NCBI GenBank assembly: GCA_963829055.1
Contig: CAWHHI010000016.1
Span: forward strand, 736,001-800,000
DNA length: 64,000 nucleotides
Source of the DNA: an uncultured Gemmatimonadaceae bacterium
GTDB taxonomy: Bacteria; Gemmatimonadota; Gemmatimonadetes; Gemmatimonadales; Gemmatimonadaceae
Direction: 5' to 3'
Under the pieces are notes generated by a model. The model was not told the DNA's origin. It worked only from the letters and a program-made list of their open reading frames with translations, and searched no databases. Each line of letters begins with the position of its first letter. Within the stretch, counting starts at the first letter, position 1. The position numbers and the translations under genes were made by a program. Below are positions 21,513 through 35,004 of the stretch, piece by piece.

Positions 21513-21964
21513 CTACTTCGTGACGAGCATTCGTTTGACGAGAGGATTTCCGTCAATTCGGAGCTCGTAGAGGTAGACGCCCGAGGCGACCTCTGTTTTG
21601 GTTCCCATCCACTTGCCGTCCCAGTACGCGACGTAGTCTCCGCACGTCAGCATGACGTCGACGAGTCGGACTCCACCTGCCACGCCTCCTGCCCCGCCCT
21701 GCAGAACCGGTATCGCCACCAGTTGCGACAAGAATGTTGTAGATCCGCAGGGAGACTTTGTACTGCCTGCCCGGATCCTCACACTTCTCGTCGATCGTGA
21801 ACGGGATCCGGGTCTCAGGGTTGAAAGGGTTCGGATAATTCTGCTTCAGAACCCCGGGTTTTCGATCACGGGCAGGGTTCTGGTTCCCCTGCGCCGTCAG
21901 GACACGTGGCATGAGCGCGCTGAGAACAAGCACGGTACACAGTGCCCCCCAACGATAGCTTCAT
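21513..21964 (-). CDS. Small secreted protein consisting mostly of a T9SS type-A sorting-domain/FlgD-Ig-like fold; one frameshift near 21735
   Basis: Signal peptide MKLSLGALCTVLVLSALMPRVLTAQ; LKQNYPNPFNPETRIPF...VSLRIYNIL/SQLVA...YWDGK...VASGVYLYEL...KRMLVTK. Confidence 0.8.
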
Positions 21965-22056
21965 GTTGACTTCTCCAGCTGACGAAATAGGTCCGAAACG
22001 CTAACTCCTGAGCCAGGTTGACGGTTTACTACGGTTCGCTAAGCCTACTTCGCGCG

Positions 22057-22085
22057 AACATAGAACCGGCGGAAACACTTGTCAA
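22057..22085 (-). promoter_or_regulatory. Sigma70-type promoter upstream of the sorting-domain gene
   Basis: TTGACA-17 bp-TATGTT in an AT-richer intergenic region. Confidence 0.7.
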
Positions 22086-22141
22086 GCAACTACATCACTG
22101 CTTGCACAGTACACGATCCCGCAATACCGCCGCTATGCGAC

Positions 22142-23998
<1,857 letters not shown>

Positions 23999-24002
<4 letters not shown>

Positions 24003-24772
24003 GGTGCCACCTCGGCCGCGCCCCAACTGTTCCGCTCCCACACGTCGTACGCGCGAAGCGGACGGCCGTCCGTGAGATGTTCGGACAGGAATTCGCGCAA
24101 CAGTCGCTGGTGCGCGCGCCGCGCCAGCGCGTCCGCGAGCGGCGCGCGCGTTCCACCGATCCATGTGCGGAGCGTCGCCCGCGCCTCGGCGGGAAGCAGG
24201 CGCCTGCTGCTCGCGAGCGAAGCGCACCGGCTGCACAGCGCGCCGCCCGCAGGGTGACTGAACGCGGCCGCCGAGTCGGGGCCAAGGCTGCTGTGGCACG
24301 ACGCACACTCGTCGAGCGACGGCGCGAACCCCATATGGGCGAGGATATACCAGGCGCCACCGAGGGCCGCGTCGATGCTCGCGCCCGCCGAGCTGTCGCC
24401 GATCACGTCCAGTGTGCTCACGAGCGCGTCGTACAACTCGGTGTGCGACTCGCCGGTGCCGAAGCGCATGCCCAGCTCCGCGATCGCGGACGCGGCTGTG
24501 AACCGCTCGAGGTCCGCCGCGAGCCGCCCGCGAGAGCGGCTCACGTCGAAGCTCGCGAGCGTGTGGAGCTCGCGACCAGGCTTGATGAAGATCTCCGCGG
24601 ATCCCGAGGCGAAGAGGTCGAGCGCCGTACCGTACCTGCTCTTTGGCCGTCGAGCGCCGCGGGCCAGCACAGACTGCAGGCCGGCCTCACGGGTCGCGAG
24701 CTTGAAGATTCGCGACGTTTCGAGGTAGTCGAAGACATGCAGGACGACGGCGTCGGTGCGCAGGGACGGCAT
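23999..24772 (-). CDS. recO: DNA repair protein RecO
   Basis: TDAVVLHVFDYLETSRI...LARGARRPKSRYG; Zn finger CASC...CSRC. Confidence 0.92.
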
Positions 24773-24830
24773 GGCGAAAATCTACTGCCCGGCGCACCGG
24801 TCGTTCGAAATTGTGTGTACGATCCGCGAT

Positions 24831-26779
24831 CTACGGCCGCGGGCCACCAAGCGTCGCGCGCGCTCCGAGGAGCACCGTTCGGCCAGGTGCCGCGAACCCG
24901 AAGGTTGGTTCGTACTCGTGATCGAGCGCGTTCTCGATGCGCGCGGTCAGCGTTAGGTGCGACGCGCCCGCCCACAGGCGATCCAACGCTGCCTCAGCGC
25001 TCAGATCCAGGAGCGTGTAGGACGGCAGCTCGACACGCGCTTCCGCATTGAAGTCGCGGTCGTCGCGTGGCCCGATGAATCGAACGGCAGCCCCGACGCG
25101 AGATCCGCGCGCGAGCCGGTAGTCGGCGTTGAACGCCGCGGTGTGTGCGGGTCGCCGCAACAAGCGCTCCCCATTCACGAACGTGCCGAACGCGCCGTTC
25201 CCGGCGTCCGTGACGCGGGTTCGGAGCAAGGTGACGTTCGCGCCGAGGTCGAACGCGCCAACCATCGGTGCTCGCGCTTCGAGCTCCACTCCACGGGCGG
25301 ACGCGGCACCGAGGTTCTCATAGGTGCTCCGAAACTCGGTCGACGCGTCACCGGAGACATACTGGATGAGATCGCGGAAGCGCTGGTCGAAGTACGTCGC
25401 GCTTGCGAGCACGCGCTCACCGAATCGGTGCTGGGCGGACGCTTCCCAGCTCATGGTCCGTTCGGGCTGCAGATCGGGGTTCCCGATGCTGAACGCGGAT
25501 GAGAGCGCCTCCTCGAACGCCGGTGCCTTGAATGCATTCCCGACGGCGGCGCGTACGCTTGTCAATGCGAGGAGCTGCCAGGCGAGCGAAGCACGCCCGG
25601 TGACGAACGTACCGTACGTCGCGTTGTCGTCCACGCGGCCGCTGGCCGTATACGTTAGGCGCCCGAGTCCGGCGCCGATGAGCTGCGCGTACGACGGCTT
25701 CGTTCGTTCGATGCGCTGCCGTAGACGACGTCGATACCGGGAATGTCATGAACTGGCTCTCGCCCGAGCTCCGGACCTGCTCTCGCTCGACCGCTCCGCC
25801 GACCGAGAATGTCGTCTTGTCGTTGGCGTGCACATCAGCGCGCAGGTCTGCGCTCCGCCGCTCGATGCGCGAATCATCGCGGCTGTAGAACCCCGCGCTG
25901 TCGCCGGGGCTGTCGGGATCGTTCGACGATTCACCGTCCAGGCGCGATGCGGCTCCCAACAGTCGCAGATCGATACGCGACGTTAGGCGGTGGGTCGCAT
26001 CGAGTCCGATCACCGTCCGGTGATCGCGACGGACGGAATTGCTATCGACCACCGCACCGGAGCCGTCCGTTGGAAAATGGTACGTCGCGTCCGTGTGCCG
26101 AGCAGTGAGGTCCACCGACGCGAACGACGGAGCGAACGAGAGGCGTGCGCTCTCCGACCTGATTTCGATAGTCGTTGTTGAACGCGAAGATGCCGTCGCT
26201 CTGACGCCTCGACGCACCGAGCGAGTAGCCGACCCGCGGCGTTCCTCCGGCGATGTTGGCTTCTCCCTCGAGGCTCCCATACGACCCGCCCCGAACGTCG
26301 GCGAATCCATGTGCGGAACCGGCGCCGCGCCGCGTGAAGAGTTGCACGACACCGGCGACGGCATCCGATCCGTACACGACGCTCGCGGGGCCGCGCACGA
26401 CTTCGATGCGATCGAGGTTCTCCGTGGTGAGATTCGCGAAATCGAAGGCGCCGCCGGGGTTGTTCAGCGGCACGCCGTCCACGAGCACCTTCACGTAGTC
26501 ACTCTCCCCTCCGCGGGCGAAGAGCGACGTCGTCGCGCCGAACGAGCCACTTCGAACGACCATCAAGCCCGGGACGGAGGCGAGCGCGTCGCTCACGTTG
26601 GCGATGCCGCGCGATCGCAGGTCCTCGCCGCGAATGACGGTCACGGACGCCGGCGCACGCTGCTGGTCGATCGGTACGCGGGTCGCGCTGATGACGACCG
26701 GGCGAAGCACCGTCGTGTCGGTCGACTGCTGGGCAAGCAAAGGTGTGGCGAGAAGGCAGAGACTGAAAAGCAGTTTCAT
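24831..26779 (-). CDS. btuB: TonB-dependent cobalamin receptor (BtuB-like); frameshifts
   Basis: Signal peptide, TonB-box-like PVVISATR, plug VLVDGVP...RIEVVRGPASVVYGSDA, GNPDLQPE, ARIENALD...GRT; last gene downstream of a cobalamin riboswitch. Confidence 0.85.
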
Positions 26780-26804
26780 TGTCTGACGGGAAGCGGGAAC
26801 GGCG

Positions 26805-26880
26805 GCTGGTGGCTGGGTGGTCGTGCTTGTTGCTGGGTGACGCTGGATGCTGCTGAGTGCTGCTTGCCGATTGCTGCTCG
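26805..26880. repeat. Degenerate GCTGGGTG/GCTTGTT-type intergenic repeat (same family as 46750-46847)
   Basis: gctggtggctgggtggtcgtgct.gt.gctgggtgacgctgg is shared with 46750-46791. Confidence 0.8.
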
Positions 26881-27670
26881 TTAGGATCTCCTCCCTGCGC
26901 GCAGCGGCACGAGCGCCGGGGCGCCGACGGCCGGGTCGCGCGTGACCACGAGTGGCCAGTCGTACACACGCTCCAGCACGTCGCCGCGCATCACGTCAGC
27001 CGGCGTCCCCGCGGCGGCGACGGCCCCGCGGTGCAGCAACACGACGTGCTGCGCGAAACGCGCGACGAGGTTCAGCTGGTGGCTCACGACGAGAATCGCC
27101 TGGCCACGTCGTGCAAGGACGTCGAGCAGCTCGAACGCCGACATCTCGTGCGCAATGTCGAGGTACGTGGTCGGCTCATCGAGCACGAGTGCCTTCGCGT
27201 CCTGCGCGAGCGCTCGGGCAATGCGCACGCGCTGCCACTCGCCCCCCGACAGCTCGTCCGTCGTGCGACCCATGAACGCGGCGACCTCGGCCTCGTCGAC
27301 GGCGCGGGCAACGGCGGCCGCGCCTAACGGGTCGGCGGTGCTCCACAGACGCGTATGCGGGTGACGCCCAAGCGCAATGTACTCGCGCACGGCGAGCGGG
27401 AAGGCAGGTTCCTCGCGCTGCGACACCACCGCCACTCGCCGCGCCAGTTCGCGACGGTCGAGGTGCGCCGTGTCCTCACCATCGACATTGATGGCACCCC
27501 CGCTCAACGGCACGCGGCCGAGCAGGGCGCGGACGAGCGTGCTCTTTCCGCTCCCGTTAGGCCCCGCGACCGCGGTGATAGCGCCCGGGAGGCACCTCGA
27601 ACGACACGTGATTCACCGCAGGCTCGGCCGCCTTCGGATATCGCACGACGACGTCGTCGAAGCGGATCAT
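26881..27670 (-). CDS. btuD: Cobalamin ABC transporter ATP-binding protein; frameshift near 27580
   Basis: GPNGSGKST, LSGGEWQRVRIARALAQ, LDEPTTYLDIAHE. Confidence 0.85.
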
Positions 27671-28653
27671 CGGTAGCGACGGAGCTGAACGAGGAAAAAC
27701 GGGACGCCGGCGAGCGCTGTCACGGCGCCAAGCGGCAGCTCGCTCGGCGCGCGCAACGTGCGGGCGACGAGATCCGCCGCAATGAGCAGCGCCGCACCCG
27801 CAAGCCCGGCCGCCGCAATGACCGCACGGTGGCGCCGACCGGCGCGCGAGCGCACGAGGTGTGGCACCACCAGGCCGACGAAGCCGACAAGCCCTGCGGC
27901 CGCGACAGTCGCAGCGGCCAGCAGCGATGCGAGGATGTACGCGCGGCGGCCGGCTCGGTCGACGTCGACACCGAGCCCCGCGGCCGCGTCGTCGCCGAGC
28001 GCGAGCACGTCGATCTCTGGCGCCCAGAGCAGCAGCGCACTTGCCGAAGCGATCGCGTACGCCGCGAGCCATCCAACCTGCACCCAGGTCGCGCCGGCGA
28101 CGGAGCCCATCATCCACCACAGCGCATTGCGGACCGCGTCCGGTGGCGCCGACGCCAGCGCGACCATGATCACGGCGTTCGCGAACGCACCGACGACTAC
28201 GCCCGCCATGAGAAGCACGCGTGGATCTGGCCGCCCGGCGCCTGCACGCGCGATCGCGAGGACGAGCACGACGGCGACGACAGCACCCCCGAACGCACCC
28301 ACCGGCACGAACCCGAACGGCGCTCGGCTCGCGACCGCGATGACCGCGCCGACCGCCGCACCGCCGGACACGCCCAGCAGATACGGCTCGGCGAGTGGGT
28401 TGCGCATCGTGCCCTGGAGTGCGGCTCCGCTCATCGCGAGCGCCGCCCCGACGAGCGCCGCGAGGACGACGCGAGGCGCCCTGATGTCGCGCATGATGGC
28501 GACGGCCGTAAGGTCGCCCCGTCCAGCGAGCGCCGTCCACACTTCGGCTGGCGTTAGGCGCACCGGCCCGATCCCGAGTCCGAGGAGGGCAGCGACTCCC
28601 ACCGCGGCCAAGAGCCCGACCCAGAGCGCGACGTTCGATCGCGTCACCGTCAC
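27667..28653 (-). CDS. btuC: FecCD/BtuC family permease
   Basis: IRAPRVV...LQGTMRNPLAEPYLLGVSGGA, GFVGLVVPH, ELPLGAVTALAGVPFF. Confidence 0.9.
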   Translation of the reverse strand: MTVTRSNVALWVGLLAAVGVAALLGLGIGPVRLTPAEVWTALAGRGDLTAVAIMRDIRAPRVVLAALVGAALAMSGAALQGTMRNPLAEPYLLGVSGGAAVGAVIAVASRAPFGFVPVGAFGGAVVAVVLVLAIARAGAGRPDPRVLLMAGVVVGAFANAVIMVALASAPPDAVRNALWWMMGSVAGATWVQVGWLAAYAIASASALLLWAPEIDVLALGDDAAAGLGVDVDRAGRRAYILASLLAAATVAAAGLVGFVGLVVPHLVRSRAGRRHRAVIAAAGLAGAALLIAADLVARTLRAPSELPLGAVTALAGVPFFLVQLRRYR

Positions 28654-29657
28654 GGCACGGCCCCTGGGTGGAGCAGGCGCGCGAGCGACACTGCCGCCTC
28701 GCCTAACCGCACCCCCGGCCGGCCCACCAGCATTGTGTCCACGATGAGGACGCGGCCGTCTCGCACGGCACGCAGCGCGCGCCAGGCGGGCGCCGCGCGC
28801 ATGCGCCGGGCGGATTCCGGGCCCGCGAGGACGACATCCGGGTCGCGCCTAACGACGTCTTCGATGGTCACGTCGAGTGACGGCCGCGGATCATCGCCGT
28901 AAATGTTGCGGCCGCCGGCAATCTCCACCAGCTCGGTGAGAAAACTGCCGCCGCCGATCGCGATCACCGGGGAATCCCAGGCCTTCCAGAACGCCGCGGG
29001 CCTCACCGCGCCCTGTGTCGCGGCCCGAACGCGTGCGAGCGTCCGGTCGACGGAGTCGACGACGGCATGCGCGGCGGTGGTGTCGCCGAGCACGCGTCCC
29101 AGCACCAACACCGTGCGGCGAAATTCCGCGATGCGATCGACGCGAAGGGTGAGCGTCGGAACGCCGGCCGCGCGGAATCGCTTCGCCGCGTCGCGGTTCT
29201 CGTTGCTGGCGTAAAGCACGACGAGGTCCGGACGCGCGCCGAGCACTGCCTCGACGTTAGGCTGCATGCCATTCCCGAGGTCAGGCACGGCGAGCGCGGC
29301 GCTCGGATAGAGATCGTAGTGCGTGCGGCCGACGAGGCGGTCACCAGCGCCGAGCACGAAGAACAGCTCGGTGGTCGCCGGATTCAGCGAGACGATGCGG
29401 CGCGGCGACGGGCCCAGCACGAGTGTATCGCCGAAATCATCCTGGATCGTCGAGACCCCGAGCGGCCGAACTGGCTTGCGCACGCGGTGATGCCCGTTCG
29501 GCGGATGGCCGATCACACGCCGCGCTCGCGCCCAGCAACGCCGCGAGGGCGACGAACGGGAACCGCGACCGGCGATGATGCACGAAGGGCATCCTCCTGA
29601 TGGGAAGATGCCCGGGCAGATGCGCCGCGCCTGGTGCGAAGCCGCAAATTGCCACAA
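28650..29657 (-). CDS. btuF: Cobalamin-binding periplasmic protein; N-terminus uncertain
   Basis: DDFGDT...PRRIVSLNPATTELFF...LVGRTHYD, PNVEAVLGARPDLV, GRPGVRL. Confidence 0.85.
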   Translation of the reverse strand: MWQFAASHQARRICPGIFPSGGCPSCIIAGRGSRSSPSRRCWARARRVIGHPPNGHHRVRKPVRPLGVSTIQDDFGDTLVLGPSPRRIVSLNPATTELFFVLGAGDRLVGRTHYDLYPSAALAVPDLGNGMQPNVEAVLGARPDLVVLYASNENRDAAKRFRAAGVPTLTLRVDRIAEFRRTVLVLGRVLGDTTAAHAVVDSVDRTLARVRAATQGAVRPAAFWKAWDSPVIAIGGGSFLTELVEIAGGRNIYGDDPRPSLDVTIEDVVRRDPDVVLAGPESARRMRAAPAWRALRAVRDGRVLIVDTMLVGRPGVRLGEAAVSLARLLHPGAVP

Positions 29658-29689
29658 GCCCCTCCCCCGAGGGCGTGTGTACGTGGCGC

Positions 29690-29828
29690 GGACGACGAGT
29701 CGTCTCCTGGCTCCGGGCCGCGTCGCTCGCCTTCCCGACCGAAGTCAGTGGCGTGCCGAGCGCGCGTGTATGCCCGTTACAGTGGCGGGGCCGCACCGGC
29801 ATTGCACCGGTTTCCGGGTCTCCCGTCC
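29690..29828 (-). promoter_or_regulatory. Cobalamin riboswitch
   Basis: Minus strand GGAAACCGGTGCAATGCCGGTGCGGCCCCGCCACTGTAA...GCCACTG...GGGAAGG...CCCGGAGCCAGGAGAC (B12 box). A downstream hairpin gccctc-ggggg-aggggc (29658-29674) covers the GGAGG RBS of btuF. Confidence 0.93.
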
Positions 29829-29850
29829 GCTTTCGAGTTGTGCCGCGAAT

Positions 29851-31044
29851 CTAGACCGCGACTTCCTCGTTGGCAAGCACCGCGGTGAGTTGCGCCTTCA
29901 GTGCATCGCGTCGCGCCTGATACGATGCGCGCTGCGCATCGGTCGCCGATGCGTTGCGCGCGAACGCCTCGTCGAGGTCGGCAATGTCACGCGCGAGGTG
30001 AGCGGCATCAGGCGGCGCGTTGTCGCCCGCGACGACCGTGACGGGACGTCGCCTCGTTAGGGCGACCGCCAGCGCGAGACACATGATCGTCCCCGCCGCA
30101 ATCATGAGCACCGGGAGAAAGCGGTTGCCGCGCGGCGCGGTTGGCGCGCCAACGCCGATGGTGATCTGCCCACCCTGACGCACATCCTGTCCGAGGAATC
30201 GTCGGAATCGACGACCCTCCAACGTGGCGACGGGTTGCTCTGCAAGGCCACCACCGGCGACCGTCGCATCCGGATCCTCGACGAGCACCTCGAACACGCC
30301 GACCGACTCGGCAACGGGAACGGCGAGCGGAAAGTCCGCAGCCGGTACCGAATACGAGAACGCGACTTGGCGAATGCCCGGCGAGATCGACGCGTACGCG
30401 AGGACGCGGCCGTCGCGGAATTGCACCGCGTTGCTGCCGATGTCGCTCTGGCCGACCTGGAAGTCCGTCGCGTTAGGCGGCAGCGCCGTGCTCCAGGTGG
30501 CGCGGCCGCGCGCGCCCGGCACTGCCGTGACTGTGGTGTCGTTGGAGAGCTCGAACACCTCGACCAGCGTTCGTCGTCCGTCGACGCCGCTCGCGGACAC
30601 GACGAGATGCCGTCCTCGCGTACGCACCGGGACCGGGGCCAATGTCGTGTCGAAGACGGTGATCTCTCCGGCGTCACCAGCCGCATCGGTCGCAGGAAGT
30701 GGCGCGGTGAAATACGCGACGCCACCGAACATGCTCGCCGCGAAGTACACCGCGTCGCCGGCGACGGGCTTGTAGCGCATCGAGTATCGTCCGTTCGCGT
30801 CCGAGCGAACGGAGTCCACCGGTCCGCTGCTGTCGGCCGCGACACGGTGCAGCGTCACCCACGCGCCCGGCACCGTGATCATGCCGCTCCGACCGGGACG
30901 CACCACGCGCCCACTCACCGTACGCGGTGCCAGAGACTGCGGAGCAGCGCGACTGGCCGTATCCTGCGCGATCGCCACCTGGGCGCTCAGCATCGCGCCG
31001 AGCGCGAGTCCAGCACCACGCGCGAACGCCGACCGAGCACTCAC
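29851..31044 (-). CDS. Uncharacterised exported protein with beta-sandwich domains, C-terminal TM and short helical tail
   Basis: Signal peptide, TVSGRVV...SDANGRY, TM FLPVLMIAAGTIMCLALAVAL, tail LARDIADLDEAF. Confidence 0.7.
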   Translation of the reverse strand: MSARSAFARGAGLALGAMLSAQVAIAQDTASRAAPQSLAPRTVSGRVVRPGRSGMITVPGAWVTLHRVAADSSGPVDSVRSDANGRYSMRYKPVAGDAVYFAASMFGGVAYFTAPLPATDAAGDAGEITVFDTTLAPVPVRTRGRHLVVSASGVDGRRTLVEVFELSNDTTVTAVPGARGRATWSTALPPNATDFQVGQSDIGSNAVQFRDGRVLAYASISPGIRQVAFSYSVPAADFPLAVPVAESVGVFEVLVEDPDATVAGGGLAEQPVATLEGRRFRRFLGQDVRQGGQITIGVGAPTAPRGNRFLPVLMIAAGTIMCLALAVALTRRRPVTVVAGDNAPPDAAHLARDIADLDEAFARNASATDAQRASYQARRDALKAQLTAVLANEEVAV

Positions 31045-31559
31045 AAGTTGAATTTGCCGAAGTCTTCAGGGCGAAGATTCTCGAGATACTCCTTCAACTG
31101 CTCGGCGTTGAGCTCCTCGGCGCTCTTGGCCGGCTCGAGCTCGGGTGTCTCGATCTCCTCTTCCTCATCGGCCTCGACGGCGGTGAGGAGTGCGTCCTGC
31201 GCGTAGATCGGCGCTGACAGACGGAGCGCGACGGCGATGCTATCAGAGGGACGGGCATCGATCTGCACCAGCACGTCACCGCGCATGATGTGCAGCTCGG
31301 CGAAGTACGTGCTCTTCTGCACCTTCGTGATCTGCACCCGGCGCAGCTGTCCGCCGAGCCCGACGATGAGGTTCTTGCAGAGGTCATGTGTCAGCGGGCG
31401 ATCGCGCTTGATGCTGTTGATGTGCATCGCGATCGATTCTGCTTCGGGCTGCCCGATCCAGATGGGCAGCAGCCGTGAGCCTCCCTTCTCCTGGAGGATC
31501 ACCACGTACGAATTGGTCGAGCTGTCGAGCCCGAGACGGGCGACCGTGACTTCCACCAT
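31041..31559 (-). CDS. Bifunctional nuclease family (DUF151) protein
   Basis: RLLPIWIGQPEAESIA, RPLTHDL, IDARPSDSIAVALR. Confidence 0.92.
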   Translation of the reverse strand: MVEVTVARLGLDSSTNSYVVILQEKGGSRLLPIWIGQPEAESIAMHINSIKRDRPLTHDLCKNLIVGLGGQLRRVQITKVQKSTYFAELHIMRGDVLVQIDARPSDSIAVALRLSAPIYAQDALLTAVEADEEEEIETPELEPAKSAEELNAEQLKEYLENLRPEDFGKFNL

Positions 31560-31716
31560 CAACGATTCCTGCGAGGGTGATCTGGTGTCGTCTGCCGAAA
31601 AATGCGCGAGGGCGCGCAGGGGTGGAAGTCACGCCCTCGCCCGCCCTCGAACTCTTCCGCGGATTTCCGCAAGATTTACACGTCGCTCACCAACTTACCC
31701 CAGCCTGCCGCCAACC

Positions 31717-32886
31717 TCAGCGGACTGCCTTCTTGAGCGCCGCCGCGCGATCCGTGCGCTCCCACGTGAACAGCGTCGCTGAACCGCGGCCGTTCTTGAT
31801 CGTCTCCGGCGTGCGTCCGAAATGCCCATACGCGGACGTCGGCGAGTAAATCGGCTTGCGAAGATCCAACGCAGCGCCAATGCCACGCGGCGTGAGATCG
31901 AACGTCTCGCTCACGGCGCGCATGATGTCGGCTTCGGGAACCTCACTCGTGCCGAACGTATCGACCATGACCGAGACCGGCTCGGCGACACCAATGGCAT
32001 ACGCAAGCTGAACTTCGCAACGGCGTGCGAGCCCAGCCGCAACGATGTTCTTCGCGACCCAGCGCGCCGCGTAGCACGCGGAGCGATCGACCTTCGAGGG
32101 ATCCTTGCCACTGAACGCGCCGCCGCCGTGACGACCCATGCCGCCGTACGTGTCGACGATGATCTTCCGTCCGGTGAGGCCGGCGTCGCCTTGAGGCCCA
32201 CCGACCACGAACCGTCCGGTGGGGTTGATGTGGTACTTCACCTTCTTGCCAAGCAATTCGGCCGGAATCGACGGCTCGATGACCTCATCGATGATCGCGC
32301 GGCGGATCTTCGTGTTCGAGACCTTCTCGTCGTGCTGCGTGGATACGACGACGGTATCGACGGCAACTGGGTGCCCGTCTTCGTAGACCACCGTGACCTG
32401 CGCCTTACCGTCCGGACGAAGCCACTTGAGACCACCGCGGCGGCAATCGGCGAGTCGCTTCGTGAGTCGGTGCGCGAGCAGAATCGGCATCGGCATGAGC
32501 TCATCGGTCTCGTCGGTCGCGTAGCCGAACATCATGCCCTGGTCGCCGGCACCGCCGGTGTCCACGCCCTGCGCGATATCGGGAGACTGCTTGTCGATCG
32601 TGCTGATCACCGCGCACGTCTTGTTGTCGAAGCCGTACGTGGCATCGGTGTAGCCGATACGCTCCACTGTGCTGCGTACGAGCTTCGGAATGTCGACGTA
32701 GGTCTTGGTGGTGATCTCGCCAGCGACGCACACGAGGCCCGTGGTCACGAGCGTCTCGCACGCTACGCGAGCTGCGGGGTCGTCTGCGATGATGGCGTCG
32801 AGTACCGCGTCCGAGATCGCATCGGCGATCTTGTCCGGGTGACCCTCGGTCACGGATTCCGAAGTGAACAGGTGACGATCGTACAC
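31717..32886 (-). CDS. metK: S-adenosylmethionine synthetase
   Basis: [50 protein letters not shown]. Confidence 0.98.
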   Translation of the reverse strand: MYDRHLFTSESVTEGHPDKIADAISDAVLDAIIADDPAARVACETLVTTGLVCVAGEITTKTYVDIPKLVRSTVERIGYTDATYGFDNKTCAVISTIDKQSPDIAQGVDTGGAGDQGMMFGYATDETDELMPMPILLAHRLTKRLADCRRGGLKWLRPDGKAQVTVVYEDGHPVAVDTVVVSTQHDEKVSNTKIRRAIIDEVIEPSIPAELLGKKVKYHINPTGRFVVGGPQGDAGLTGRKIIVDTYGGMGRHGGGAFSGKDPSKVDRSACYAARWVAKNIVAAGLARRCEVQLAYAIGVAEPVSVMVDTFGTSEVPEADIMRAVSETFDLTPRGIGAALDLRKPIYSPTSAYGHFGRTPETIKNGRGSATLFTWERTDRAAALKKAVR

Positions 32887-32965
32887 GCGGTTATTCTCGA
32901 TTCTGAATGTGAAAATCGCGCCGGCTTCCAGCACCGGCGCGGACGGACGAACGATATCCGGCCCT

Positions 32966-34735
32966 CTAGCTGGCGAGCAAGCCGTCGCCCAGGAAGGACG
33001 CGTCGCCAAACGCAGCGCGCAGACGTCCGGCCAACTGCCGCTCGGCACCGGCCGCATTGTCCGAAGCGAGCGCCGCTTCTGCCGCCTCCACTGCCAATTC
33101 CACGCTGATACCGCGGACAATGTGCTTGACCAGCGGCACCGCCCGTGGACCGACGCTGAGTTGCCGGACGCCCAGACCGATGAGGGCAAAGACCATCACC
33201 GGTTGAGACGCCATCTCGCCGCATACAGCAACTTCCAGCCCAGCGGCTCGGCCTACTTCGACCGTCCGCTTTACCAGGCGGAGAACGGCCGGATGGAGGG
33301 GGGTGAATCGAGCCGCGAGATTCACGTTCCCCCGGTCCACGGCGAGGGTGTACTGGACGAGATCGTTCGTTCCGATGCTGAAGAACGCGACCTCGCGGGC
33401 CAGCACGTCGGCTCCCATCGCGGCGGCAGGCGTCTCGACCATCACGCCCAGGGGCAGGTCGCGTCGGAATGGAACGCCACGCGCCTCGAGGTCCGCCGCC
33501 GCCTCGTCCAGCAGGTGACGCGCTTCCCGGACCTCATCGATGGTCACGATGAGCGGAAGCATGATGCGAACATCGCCGTGCAGTCCGGCACGCAGCAGCG
33601 CCCGAAGCTGGGTCTTGAACATCTCCGATTCGTCGAGACACATGCGGATCGCGCGCCAGCCGAGGAACGGATTCGCCTCGTGGGGAAATCCACCGGCCGG
33701 CAGCTTGTCGCCGCCAATGTCGAAGGTACGAATGACGACCGGCTGTCCGCCGAACGCTTCCACGACGCGGCGGTACGCACGGTATTGCTCTTCCTCGTCA
33801 GGCATTGTCGTCCTGCCGACGACGAGAAACTCCGTTCGCATGAGGCCAACGCCTTCTGCGCCACTCGTAGCCGCCAGCGTCGACTCCTCGGGCAGGTCGA
33901 CGTTCGCGCGCAGCGTTATGCGAACGCCATCAGTCGTCACCGGTTCTGCCGAGAGCAGCAATCGAAGCTCTGCTTCGTCGCGTGCCTCGCGCTCGGCGCG
34001 ATGCTGGAAGACCGCGACCTCGGCGTCGGTTGGGTTGATCACCAGCGTGCCGGTGGACCCGTCGAGGACGGCGTTCTCGCCTCCCGTTAGGCGGCTGATC
34101 GCATCGCGCAGACCCACCACCGCAGGCAATCCGAGCGACCGCGCGAGAATCGCGACGTGCGATGTGCGCGTGCCCGCGTCGGTCGCCAGCCCCGCGATCG
34201 CATCGCGATCCAACTGCACCGTGAGGCTGGGCGTCAGATCGTGCGTTACGAGAATCGCCTTCGCGCCCTTCGGCACGTCCACCGGATCGTGATCCGGGAG
34301 GCCGAGCAGGATCGACAGCACGCGGATGTGGACGTCGGTGAGATCGCCGACGCGCTCGCGCATCATGGGCGACGCGTGATGCGCGAACCGCGCGCGCCAC
34401 TCGTGCAGCACGACGTCGAACGCTTTCTCAGCCGCGAGATTCTGCCGGATGTACGACCGGACCTGATTCCCGAGATCGTGATCGTCGAGAATGGAGATCT
34501 GCACGTCGAAGATGGCTGCCTCTTCGGGGCCGGCGTGACTCGCCGCTCTGTCGCGAACCTGGGCCAGTCGTTCTTTCGCGCGCTCGACGGCCTCGTCGAA
34601 GCGCGCGATCTCCGCCGGAATCGCGTCGTCGGGGATGATGCGCGTGGCGACGTCGGGCACCTCCCAGCGGAGGAGGTGCACGGGCCCCACGACAATGCCC
34701 GGCGAGGCGGGAATTCCGGTGAGTGCGCGATCCAC
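32966..34735 (-). CDS. ptsI: PTS enzyme I
   Basis: [57 protein letters not shown]. Confidence 0.96.
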   Translation of the reverse strand: MDRALTGIPASPGIVVGPVHLLRWEVPDVATRIIPDDAIPAEIARFDEAVERAKERLAQVRDRAASHAGPEEAAIFDVQISILDDHDLGNQVRSYIRQNLAAEKAFDVVLHEWRARFAHHASPMMRERVGDLTDVHIRVLSILLGLPDHDPVDVPKGAKAILVTHDLTPSLTVQLDRDAIAGLATDAGTRTSHVAILARSLGLPAVVGLRDAISRLTGGENAVLDGSTGTLVINPTDAEVAVFQHRAEREARDEAELRLLLSAEPVTTDGVRITLRANVDLPEESTLAATSGAEGVGLMRTEFLVVGRTTMPDEEEQYRAYRRVVEAFGGQPVVIRTFDIGGDKLPAGGFPHEANPFLGWRAIRMCLDESEMFKTQLRALLRAGLHGDVRIMLPLIVTIDEVREARHLLDEAAADLEARGVPFRRDLPLGVMVETPAAAMGADVLAREVAFFSIGTNDLVQYTLAVDRGNVNLAARFTPLHPAVLRLVKRTVEVGRAAGLEVAVCGEMASQPVMVFALIGLGVRQLSVGPRAVPLVKHIVRGISVELAVEAAEAALASDNAAGAERQLAGRLRAAFGDASFLGDGLLAS

Positions 34736-34737
34736 GG

Positions 34738-35004
34738 TCAGGACTCGCCGAATTTGCTCTCGATCAGCTTCGCGATCGCGGACACCGCGTCCTCCGCATC
34801 TGTCCCATCAGCCCGGAGCAGCAGCTGTGAACCATACTCTGCCGCGAGCATCATGACACCCATGATGCTCTTGCCGTTCACCTCGAGGTCGTCGCGCACG
34901 ATGGTGATGTCACTCCGGAATCGCGCCGCGGCTTTCACGATTTCGGCGGCCGGACGAGCGTGGAGACCGTTCCTGTTGATGACCTGCACGGAGCGTTCAA
35001 CCAT
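34738..35004 (-). CDS. ptsH: HPr phosphocarrier
   Basis: NRNGLHARPAA (His15), VNGKSIMGVMMLAA (Ser46). Confidence 0.95.
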   Translation of the reverse strand: MVERSVQVINRNGLHARPAAEIVKAAARFRSDITIVRDDLEVNGKSIMGVMMLAAEYGSQLLLRADGTDAEDAVSAIAKLIESKFGES

